Source of the DNA: Callorhinchus milii
Taxonomy: Eukaryota
Length of the DNA: 64,000 bases
Direction of reading: 5' to 3'
Assembly: GCF_018977255.1 (NCBI RefSeq)
Contig: NW_024704742.1
Coordinates: 119,910,001 to 119,974,000, forward strand
The notes under the pieces were generated by a model that was given only the letters and a program-made list of their open reading frames with translations, was not told the origin of the DNA and made no database searches. The position numbers and the translations under genes were made by a program. Numbering within the stretch: position 1 is the stretch's first letter; each line of letters starts with the position of its first letter. Below are positions 27,090-38,789 of this stretch, piece by piece.

Positions 27090-27870
27090 CAGTTCCTGTT
27101 TAACTGGTTGAAGCAACATGCAAGCCTTTTAATTTGGGCAGAAAAAGAGTAAATATTGAATGGGCGTATTTTGCAAAGTGCATAGGAGCAAAGAGACTTG
27201 GGAGTCCAGGTACAAGTCCTTAAAAGTGGCAGCACAAGTAGAAAGGGCAATGAAAAAAAGCTATTGATATTCTATCTTTTTATACATAGGGGCATAGAGT
27301 ACAACAGCAAAAGTTTGTACAAATCATTGATTAGGCTGCAATTCAAGTAGTCTGTTTAGTTTTGGGCACCTCACTACAGGAAGCATGTTAAGGCTTTGGA
27401 AGGGGTGCGGAGGAAATTTATGAGAATGACACCAGCGGTGAGGGGTTTTAGTTATAAGGAGAGATTGGAGAAGTCAAGTCTGTTTTCATTGCAACAGCGA
27501 AGGCCGAGGCACAAACTCATAGAGGTGACCAAATTATGAGGAGTTTGACAGCATAACTAAGGAGAAGATATTTACACTGGTAGAAGAGTCAGTGACTAGA
27601 GGACATAGATGTAAAATAGCCAGAAGAAAAGCTTAGGAGAAATGTTTTCACTCAGAGTTGTTGGGATATGAAATGCCCTACCAAGTAAGGTGGTACAGGT
27701 AGAATCCTTGTATGTTTCAAGTGAGAAGAAGACGGTGTATGAAAGATAAAGGCTTGAAGGGGTACAGGGACAGGGCAGTGGGATTGAATGAACAACTTGC
27801 TCTAGGAGCCTATGCAGACTCGATGGGTCGAATAGCCTCCTTCTGCGCTGTAAATTTCTATGATTCTAGG
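27090..27870 (+). mobile_element. Degraded CR1 3' part
   Basis: Recognisable CR1 blocks (gagcaaagagacttgggagtccagg, tttgggcacctcactacaggaag, tagaggacatag) and the tail gatgggtcgaatagcctccttctgcgctgtaaatttctatgattcta. Confidence 0.8.
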
Positions 27871-29266
27871 ATTAATCTGTTAATTAAAAGGTTAATTAAA
27901 ATTCACAAAACAAAGATGCACCAAATACTTGTCTTTTATTATAACCCAATCTGGAATACTTTGAAAGTTTGTTGCTACAGGTAAATCCATGAATAAAGTT
28001 AGAAAATGGAAAGGCTCATGACCACAGACAAACCAAGTGTGACATGATTTATTGATCCACTGAGAAAAGATGAATTGCCCTCTTCAAGGCAAAGGTGATA
28101 AAAAGCGGCCTCACACTATATATCAATGATAGGGATCAGTGAGACAAACTACAAACTAATAATCCACTAGAAGAGAATCAGTGGCCAACAAAATACAAGC
28201 AACTTGGTGTAAACATTTCAATCTTCCATTTTATTCTTTGTCGCAGTGCACAGTTCAAAAAGGTTTATTGGCTACTGCTGACACGTCAGGGTTTGGGGCT
28301 GTGATGGATGGGAAATTTTGGTAGGAAGAATGAATTCACTCTCATCAGCAGATATCGAAGATAAAACAGGTTAAAAGCTTCAATGGTTTGCAAGAATTAA
28401 TAAAAGTTTAAACTGCTAATAATGAAAAAGAGGATTCAAACAATGACTACGTCTGTTGCAACTGTTTGTTTACCCAGTACTGCCCAATCTCTTTCCTCTT
28501 CTCCCCCTACCCGCAAAAAAAGCTTTGAGGAGAAATCACGCCTTACCTCAAATGAAGTCAGCAGAACGCATAGAGGTTGAGTAGCTGTGGATTATAAGAA
28601 TTAATCCAACAGAGAGGTTCAGATAACAAAGAGCAAGAGCAAAGTTTCAGCAGTTTGTTCGTCAATTGAACCGGGAGATTGGATTAGCACTAATCCTCAT
28701 GACAGACATACAGTATTAGATGGAGTCGTTATTTTAAAACAATGTCAATTGTTAGGGCAGCAGTGCCAAACCCAGGACACCAAACTCATTTGGAGAACTC
28801 GCCCTCCACATAATATAGGCGGAGCTTTTAATTGAACACTCGCATGGCACAATGGGCTGAAAAGCCTCCTTCTGTGCTATAAATTTCTAAGCAAGGTGGC
28901 CCCTCAGCTAATCATTCCGATTGGGCCGAATAAGTAGTTCTCTGAAGGGAAATAAATATATATTTTTTAAAGGATAAAAAGCTGAATGCTAAACAAGACA
29001 CATGGGCCCCAAGCAGAATCAATAGGTACTTTGAGGATGAAAGTATTAAGGGATATGGAGAAAAAGCTGGTTAATGAGATCAAAGATCTGCCATAATATA
29101 ATACAATGGTAAAAGGCTCTACATGTCAAATAACCTACTACTGTTCTTGTATTGGCTGTGAAAAGCGGGGAATGAAAAGTGCCTAAATTACTCACTTTAC
29201 AGCAACCAACCCAAGACCATTGGTAGAGGCCTAGGGACAAGATTGCTTATTGACTGCATCCAGAGC

Positions 29267-29455
29267 ATAATAATCCTTGTATTTGAAATAGCACCTTATC
29301 ACATCTTCAAGACGTCTCAAAGCACTTCATAGAATATACTGTAAAGTGAACTGACTGTACATTTTGTGGGCGAAATGCAGCAGCCAATTGCACACAGTAG
29401 TGTCCCACAAACAGTATCCCACAAACGCTCTAACCACTGAGCTACAGGACTCCAC
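29267..29455 (-). mobile_element. Internally deleted copy of the tRNA-Ala SINE family
   Basis: The reverse complement starts GTGGAGTCCTGTAGCTCAGTGGTTAGAGC and jumps straight to the 3' Deu remnant and tail. Confidence 0.8.
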
Positions 29456-32400
29456 TCACATAGAAGTAGACAAAGATGAAGCAAGAAAAACATGGAAGGG
29501 GGGTGGGGAAGAGAAGGGGAACTGAAAACATGATCAATAGTTTAAAATGTGAGTGAAAGATTCTCATTTGTGGGAAGGCAGGATAATGAACTAATCTGTC
29601 AGAACAAATCCACTCAAAACAAGCTAGGATTGGTCATTACTCTTGCATTCCAGAGACTTTTTTTCCTCTCTTTTTTAAGCGTGATGTTAAAATTAACTAT
29701 GGTTTGAAAGAAATGGCAAAGCGAACAACCATGCAGACTCATGTCACACCACAAACTATTTGACAACTAGATTACAGAGATAATGAGTGCACATTATGAT
29801 AGAATCCTTAAACCAAATTACTGCATCTAAAATCAATGTAATACCCACTAGACACTTGGTAGTCTACCAGCCTCGACATCCGATTAACACAACAGCTAAT
29901 CACTTTCACAATAGCTGCAAAGATAAATGGGAAAAATCACAGCGAACACATATTACATGTCATTTTAAAAACAATTGGAAAATAGGTACAGGATGAGATC
30001 AGTTAGTTTATCAATCTTGTTCCACCAGTTTATTAGATCTTGGCAGATCTTTTAATCCCAGTATCCTGCCCTTAATGCCTGTCTCTATCTGGCTGGGTTA
30101 TGTATTTTGGAGGGATTGCTATATTGAAGAGTTCCATCATGCGGTTCCCCAGTCAATTTCTATTTCCAATAACCAAGTTGCCTTGAACCTTTCGGAGCTC
30201 AGGTGTGTACAGCTATTATGTTGCACTTTCCCTCCTGAGAAGAGCCTGATGTGATATTTCGCATCTTAAGTGGTCTCATTTTTATTTTCAAATATATTTA
30301 AAATCTCATTGGTATCAAGTCCAGTTTCATTCAGTATAAAAATACACTCCTTTCACTGACACCTTTATTTACCATTGATACTTTGACAATTTGATGGATT
30401 TGGACCAATGAGCCGTGCATGTAGGTCTTTGACCTCAGGTCATTGTGGCATCACTGTGAAACGTATGAAAATCATTGCTCATTCGGAAGGCATAAAGTAT
30501 GGTGAGAGAGAAAAAGAATCCTCCAGCAGCTTATTCAGAGAAACAATGTAAAGGGAAATATGAAGATTGGTTATTAATAATGGGGTCTTGTTGTTAACTT
30601 ACTGAGATTACTCAGATTTGTATATGAAAATAGTATAATTTGGGTAAGTTACCAAGCACCATGCATGCAATTGTGGCTCAGTACTTATCACTGCTCTGAG
30701 GAGATAAAGGATGATGAGAAGAAAACCAAAAATATCATGAAAACGTTGAACACAATTTGAAGCTGCAAAGTACAACCACTTATTCTGGACAACGGGAAAA
30801 ACACAGCACTAACCTCAGAACTGAAAGAGCAAGATCATTTACAGCAAAGGTCCATTGCTTCATTGACTTTTCTTTTATCAATTAGTTGGCGCATAACAAA
30901 AGCATTTAGCACCCACCATGAATGATCTGAGAAGAACGTTGCCCTGCGTTGAATTGAGTGAGCGAATAAATAAAAGTTTACTCATTCAACATCAGTGTCA
31001 CTGCGATTTACACAATGTTTGCAAACAAACAATGATGAAATACCATTCTGAAATGAACCTAGATTTCAAAAGAATTAGAAAATTCCAAGACCCAGGTTTG
31101 CAATCCAAACTCACCAATTTTTCCACGGGAAAATAAATCTGAATTATTTGGAAGCACAGATGACTGCCAAAGAAATACAAAAACAAATTGTACATAACAT
31201 AATATGTAGGAGCAGAAGTAGGCCATTCGGCCCTTCGATTCAATCATGGCTGATCTTCTAATCTAACTCCAGCTAATAACCTGACCATGCCTTATCCCTA
31301 TATCCCTTAAGAGCCAGGCAATATTCTATAACATACTATGTGGTAGGTGATGAAACCAGTAATCTAATGAAAATAATTATGATCCAGCAACTCATTAAGC
31401 ACTTAATAAAAACATGGGTGATAGTAAAATGCTTGTAAGGCAAATTGTACAGATTACTGAACAGACCATAATACAATATTGTAGGAGCGCCGGTCAGCAA
31501 AACAAATCTCAGGCATATTTAAGAATGATGTCAACCAAAGAATGGCACAAAAACTCACACTGAAAAAGCACAGTCAAGGGAAAGCAACTATTTCTCATTC
31601 TCAATTACTGCTAGAACCTTCAAATTTAAAATCCACCAATCCACTCAGATTACCTGCATAAAAAAGGGAGTTAGGACTAACATAACACTCGATTCAACGC
31701 ACAAACCAAATATGAAATGACAGTAATTATTTTGTGAAACAGGGGAATGCATTTCCTCGAAAACATTGAACCACAAAATGATACCATCTTCACCCTCCCA
31801 ACATCACTTTTCAAGCTCCAGGGTTAAACTAATGGGGGGGAGGGAGGGTGGGGGGGAGGGGCATGAAGAGCAGAAGAGAGGGAAATAACAAGCAGATCAC
31901 CAGCGCTCATTAATTTTATCTCTCCGTTCACAACCCATGAGCATATTTCAAAATGACAAGCACAATAAAATAGATCAAAATAAACAGGCTTCATTCCTGC
32001 CTGGTTAGCTCATCCACACCTACACCATTCATGCATTACGTGGCCAGCACAATTCCACTGTGTTCTTACCCACTCTTAAATCTGTTCCTAAATGAAACAG
32101 ATCGTAATCAAAATTTGGCAAAGATTGAAACCAAAGTTATTGTTAAAACAAATTACCATCCATCTGCCAGTAACTCTCCATGAGCTCGAGGTCCCGGTTG
32201 AGCTCTCAAGGGAAGTGGCTTCATGAAACATTGGATCAAAAACTAGTAAATCACATGCCTTCTGATGTCCGGTTGCAGAGCACCACAAGGGAAAGGTTTA
32301 GGAACAAGTCTGTTTTTGTATGGTCATGCGGTATTGTGATGCAGAACCAGACAAGGGAGTAGAAAGTATGAAAATAAGGGGTAAAACAGATTTTTTTAAA

Positions 32401-34908
32401 AAGAGTCGATAAAAAGTCAAGTTGGAAATGCCAGAAACTGGATACCCAATTAGTTCATCTCACAATACAGGAACAGGAAGGAGTCATTTGGCCCATTGAG
32501 CCTGTTCCACCGTTTTCCAGGAAATCAGGTGTTTTGTTTGGTCAGGCAGCTGTCTGACCAATGCAGAAACCCATTACAGTGCTTCATAGTATCCAAACAA
32601 GAAAACTTTTAAGCATGGTGATGGGTCCCCACACACATCAGACACCCGGCTGACCCCCAAAAAAGGTGTGAACCCTGTCAAACAGAACTTAGAAGGAACC
32701 ACTTCATGCAGATGGTAATGAGATTGTAGAACTCACTGTCTGGTGGTTGGATCAGATAGTGTAAATGGATTCAAACTAGACCCTGACATGAAGCTCAGAA
32801 CATTAGAAGGGTGTGGGAGGGAGTAAGGAAGGGGTGAAGACTCCTATGGAGTATAAATACCAACACAGACCGGTTGGGCCAAGTGGCCAGTTTCCATGCT
32901 GTAAATTCTTTGTAACCTTTGTTTACGTTTTCAATATCTCCAGAATGTTGGATTAATTTTTTTACAAATCGATTTGAAGCCATAGATGATAAATAGAACA
33001 GTTACTGTGATATTGAACACAAGAAAGATGATCTATGAAATGAAGGCAATGAGTCACAATGAATGTTCAATGAGTAAGATTTTGGGGGTAATTTTACAAA
33101 AGCTTTGTTCTTTGAAGCACATCTTGATGTCATTCATCCTGGAGATTGGATAGACTCCAGCAATGCAAATTATACAAGGTTTGTTGGAAGGCTACAGGGC
33201 TTGAATGGCTTTTCCTTGTTCCATGTTGTTTCAAGTCAGTAATTCAAACGGGCATCAAAATAAAAAAAGTTACGATTTTGCCGATCTGGACCATCAAGAT
33301 TTAAAAGTTCACTCAACAGGCTTGCCAGTAATCGAGATTAATAAAAAACTATTTTACTGCTGTTGGATTCAAATTTAGCTGCACCAAATTTTGATGCAGA
33401 GAATACAAAAACATCCAAAGCACAATTATTAACAAAAATATTCATTACAGATCACTACTATAACAATGTTAAAATAAGTTGTGTGAACAACATATAAACT
33501 CGGGCAGTTATTCAATTTCTTTTAAAAAAAACCTGGCACATGACTTGTTTACAAAATATTTTGAACTTCACACACGCAATCCCCTCCCGGAGTTTATGTT
33601 TAACCAAACACACGATAACATCCTGAAAGACTGCATAGATCTGACTTTTTAATTTAGTTTCTAGAAAATCTAGCAGACAAACCAAATAGCCAGGAAGTTA
33701 TATTCAACATTAAACTAAGTTTCTAACATTCACAGCTTCACAACTGCACACAATAATACACAAACGTTATGATTAAAAAATGTAATTGCAGTCTATCACA
33801 GGTAACTTCAGCAGAATGCTCTAACCACAAAGGCTGATATTCTGCTATTTTTTCCATCTGAATCTTTACCCTGTATGACTCCCTCCTGTTCCTGTACGGT
33901 GAGATGAACTAATTGGGTATCCAGTTTCTATCATTTCCAACTTGACTTTCGTAAAAAAAATCTGTTTTACCCCTTATTTTCATACTTTCTACTCCCTTGT
34001 CTGGTTCTGCATCACAATACTGCATGGCCATACAAAAACAGACTTGCTTATATTGTTTATATAATAATCTTTAGCCAAGTTAAAACGTTGGCAGATTTGA
34101 AGCTCAAGCCCAGTTCATAAAAGCATACTTTTTGCTGTACACTGACTATTTTTGCAAGCCCCTGAAGATAATATCATAATGTAACACACTGAGCAACTCT
34201 GTGTAGGTGTTAAACCACAAGCAAGACACACGTAACAGGTGTTCTTATCAAGTGTCTAGCTCCATTTTACAGCAGAAGATGTCTTCCAACCAAAATCCAG
34301 AGGAACACTGAAAGATGCTTAACTGAAAGACGTTTTTTTAATATATAAGCTGCTTTTTAAGTCACCAACAGAAAAGAACATACCAGACTACAAAGTTACA
34401 CCCAACAATCTGAGAAAATCAGCATACCTGATTGTTTAACCCTTCCACATACTCCTTAGTGAATCACAGCATCACTTGCCCAGGAATGCAATATCTTTAT
34501 CCAATCTGTTAAATTACTTGAGACAATGAAACACTGCATATGAATAGAGACTCACACCCTCGATTCTTCACTCACGGATCCTCAATGTCAGCCAACCCCA
34601 GTGGGTTGCTAAGAACTCTGGGACGCTGCCCTGTGTGAGGCGTCCTATATAAATGCAAGCTGTTGTTGTTTCATATTTTTCCACCCGAAGGGAAAGAGAT
34701 AAGCTACTCCATAAGTGGCCTGGTCCATTATATAGTTCTAATGCAGTTGCCCTTCAGCTTTTAGGTTCCTGGTATCTGCTCTATCATCAGTCAAATTCAC
34801 ACACAAAAATGCTAACCTCATTACGTGACTTACTCTGTGGCTTTGCATCGTAGTTTTAAGATACATTTAGTTGCTGTGAGGATTAATAACGCCCCAAATG
34901 CTTTGTTT

Positions 34909-35595
34909 TGCAGTAGAACCTCACTAATCCAGTCGCTCAAGGGACTGGGCAAAAGTGACCTAACTCGTGAGGTGACTTGATCACTGAAACAGGTCGGGTG
35001 ATTTAGGTCACTGATGTAATGTTAAGGGCATTGGTAATGGGCAAAGGTAATAAACATTCAACAACCATACTTTGTAATCTCATTAAAATAAAGGCACTGT
35101 CACATTTAAAACAAAAGCTGTCATGTATTCAGCCTTCCTTTTGAGAATCCATCCAACTAGTGTTCTGCCAATGCCACAGATCACAGCTGTCTGTCTATGA
35201 CTTTTGCTCTCAATCTTTTTGATTAAGTCCATTCACTCACAAAGGGACAATTCCTCCCGTGGTGGCACGTTTACAGCACTTGTCAACAGTTACTAAATCA
35301 AAACAATGTACACACAAACCATGTGCTCTGAGTAGAACATTTACTGAGAATTGGCGGCAGGAGCTCAGGTTAGGCTGCGGGCTGCACAGGTTAGTTGCGG
35401 AGGGGGGTGTTTGTACCGGAGGAAGGCGCTGAAGTGGCTGCAATCAATGACCGTTGCCCTGTATAGTGAGGTGCCGGTTTACTGAAGCAGGGAGCCTATC
35501 TTTTAACATTGACAATGAGAGAGACTGTGAAAATGTGCCTGCAACTGTGAGGTGGCTGGATTACTGAGGTGACCGCAAACCGGGTTTCTACTGCA
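34909..35595. mobile_element. Putative non-autonomous Tc1/mariner (pogo-like) DNA transposon
   Basis: Perfect 10-bp inverted ends TGCAGTAGAA/TTCTACTGCA and repeated subterminal GAGGTG(A/G/C)C motifs. No clean TA target duplication. Confidence 0.5.
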
Positions 35596-35604
35596 TTTTC
35601 TTTA

Positions 35605-36400
35605 GCTGGTGACACCATCTGCAGACATAGGGTCAACTTCCACATGTATGCGGACGACACCCAGCTCAATCTCTGTGGCTTGGCTCCCATCAGCGCCTCG
35701 GCACCCCAGGCACTGACAGCATCACCGTTCATGGATGCACTCTTCACCTCACCAGTACGGAACCTTGGCATCTTGTTCAACCCTCAACTGTTTTTTAAAC
35801 CCCACATTCATGCTATGACCCGTTCTGCCTTCCCCACCTCCATAACATTGCCCAACTTCAACACTCTCTCTCCCTTCAAATGCCGAAACCCTCATTCATG
35901 CTTTCATTACATCCAGGCTTGACCAAGCTAACTCCTTGCTTGTAGGACTTCCCAACTCCTCTCTCCAAAAGCTGCAGATTATTCAGAACTCTGCAGCTCG
36001 TGTTCTCTCCCGCATCAGGCTCCGTGATCCCATCACCCTGATCCTCACCCAACTTTACCAACCTGTCTAAAACTTTACCAAACTCCCTTCACTCAGCTGG
36101 TTTCTGCTCCATGTCCCCGACCTTGCCCGCTCCACCATCAGTGGTCAGGCCTTGAGTTTCTGCCCGCACCCTCTGGAACTCCATCTCAGAGCCCTTCCAC
36201 TTCACTCCCTCCCTTGCCTTCTTCAAGGCCCATCTCAAGACCTTCCTCTTTGACCATGACTTTTGTCATCCTCCCATCTTACCTCCTTGCCCTTCACTCC
36301 TCTTGACTCCAACACCCAGCTTGAGTGCAAACCCTCACTGTCCAGCGGCTTGGGACTTACTCATGACGTGAAAGGCACTATATAAATACAATTTGCTGTT
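35605..36400 (+). mobile_element. L2 3' part with internal deletions
   Basis: [26 protein letters not shown] and an L2 tail. Confidence 0.85.
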
Positions 36401-37484
36401 CTTTTTTCATTATAAATCTTTCAATTGAGAGACAATGGACAATTAACTTAGCGTTAAAAGAAAAGTCAGTGCATAGTAGGACAACTTCTCATGTCTCCTT
36501 AGCCAGGGGAACAAAGAACAATTGCAGCAACCACAATGCTGAAGTATTGAGATCAGCTACCTGGACACGAATTGGGATTCAAATGCATGATCTTATAGAA
36601 AATCTACCGAATACTCATTTGTCCACTTGCCCATCGGGGAGCTACACTCCATATTTTATTTTCAAAAAGCAGATGGTAAGAAACGTTCTTTAGCTAAACC
36701 TTCAATACACAGAGATTATTCTTACAGCATCAAAATTGCAGAAATACATTCTTCAGCTAACCTTCCTATACAAAACAATATTTTTTAAACTTGATATTGA
36801 GCACCGTAAGTTAACCTTCACATTCATTCACATAATAAGTAGCATTGCACCGAGAGATGACCTTCTCCAAACGTGTGCTTCTGTTGCAGTTGGGAGTGTT
36901 TGTTTACATTAATGGAAGATTTATTTCCTCAGTTTAAAGCCAAACCATTCAAGTCAAAAACAGGAAATCATAGTCTATCAGCGAGATCTTGGTGAACAGT
37001 CTGTTTTTGCAAAGCACTGAACAAATTCATCATAATCACTTGGAATAGTAGAATGAAAATTTCAATGTTTAACAGATTTGATACACAAATCTGTTGTGCG
37101 ACACTGCAACTTCCAATCAATAACCAATGACTGGCAACACATACACCCTCCCCAAGCCAACATCAACACAATAGTTGAACCCGAAGACTGAAAATTTCAG
37201 CGGACAGCTGTTGCTAATCAATGAGAATTAAACAGAGTATCACACAGGGAAACAAGAAAAGCTTTAACCTGTCTAATCTTTCTTGATAGCTGTGTCCACT
37301 CACCACTGGTAACATTCTAGTAAATCAATTCTACACTCTCTCGATGGTACAATATCCTTCCTGTAGTTACATTTCAATTTTGCTTCATGGGATGTCAGCT
37401 TAATCATTTTTTTCACCCCAGACTGTGCAATCAATCCTATAATTTTTATGGCACGGCCTAAACCACAGCCCAAACCTCACGGCA

Positions 37485-37620
37485 AGCTGTGTATTCTCAA
37501 ATGTTCTCACAGCTTTCAGTAAATATTGTAAACATATTGAAACCTGGGACAGAGACAACCCCAGCTGTAACAGCTACTGAGTTGTTATAAACACACCTCC
37601 AATATCAGCATCACAGCTGT
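37485..37620. repeat. Unnamed repeat family B, copy 2
   Basis: Homologous to 11351..11486. Confidence 0.7.
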
Positions 37621-38789
37621 TCTATCAGGTGAGAGTTAGCAAATCAGAAATTCAATGCACGTCGCACAACAACAGTCAGCCTAACAATCCCATTGGTCAT
37701 CCTTCTAACCATATTTGCAGCTCAGTTTGAAACACACTCTGCTGAAGTTTGGAATAAAACAAACATGCTAACCATTTCTGTTCGGCATGCAACAACAGGC
37801 TATTTGTGTTATATGTAGAATTGATCAACATACTTGCATTGCAGCATCAGTACAGATATTAAGTAATAATAGTCCTTGTAGTTTCTATAACATTTTTAAT
37901 CTTAGGCCTTTTCCAAACACCAGACCCCATAGAAATCTCTATCTCATATTCGTTGCTGTCACAGAAACAGTTCTTAGGATAACAACCATGTGATATTAGT
38001 TAGAAGTTCCAAACAAGCAGAGTCGTGGTTAAAGGCCTCTCAGAAACGGTCCAACATTCTGCACAATACACAGATGATATGCCAACGATCGCAAACTATA
38101 ATTCAGTACATGATGGTCTCCTGATTTTAATTATTCATGGTTAACAGTTTCCAAGAGGAGGGAACCAATAATGCTATTTAAGTTATAGGACCTATACTTT
38201 GATTACAGCACCTTATTTGTTCTAATGATGCTGAGATAAGGCCACCTCTCAGCTGCATACTCCAGCTTTCAGTTAGAATGAAAAAGGCTCTTTTTAAACC
38301 ATTGCTCTTATCGCTCCCAAATATCAAACCAACAGTCATCCCATTAAAACAATTTCTTAAATATATCCAGAGCCTATGGCTCAACCACCCTTCCTGGCAT
38401 TCCATTCCAACTAGTGACAGCCCTCTCTATTTGAGGAAATACTTCCCAGCCTGTGTTCTAAAATCGTCTTCATATCCTGCATCTGTGACTTATCTTCTGA
38501 AAATGAAAATGGATTGTTCTGGGTTCACTTTCTCAGTTACATTAAGAATCTTAAAATACCTCTACATGACTGTTTGTGGGACACTGCTGTGTGTGATTGG
38601 CTGCTGCATTTTGCCCACAAAACATAGTCAGTTCACTTTACAGTATATTCTGTGAAGCGCTTTGAGATGTCTCAAAGACTTGATAAGGTGTTATATTAAA
38701 TGCAAGGATTATTATTATTACTACAATATCTCATCTAAATAATCTTTTTGAGGCTTCAAAACACTAGCGTATCAACAGACTCTAAGCAA

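Noticed and set aside
32305..34046. DNA transposon with long terminal inverted repeats
   Set aside because: No target duplication or transposase, and one arm overlaps part of a CR1-like tail; reported as an inverted duplication instead.
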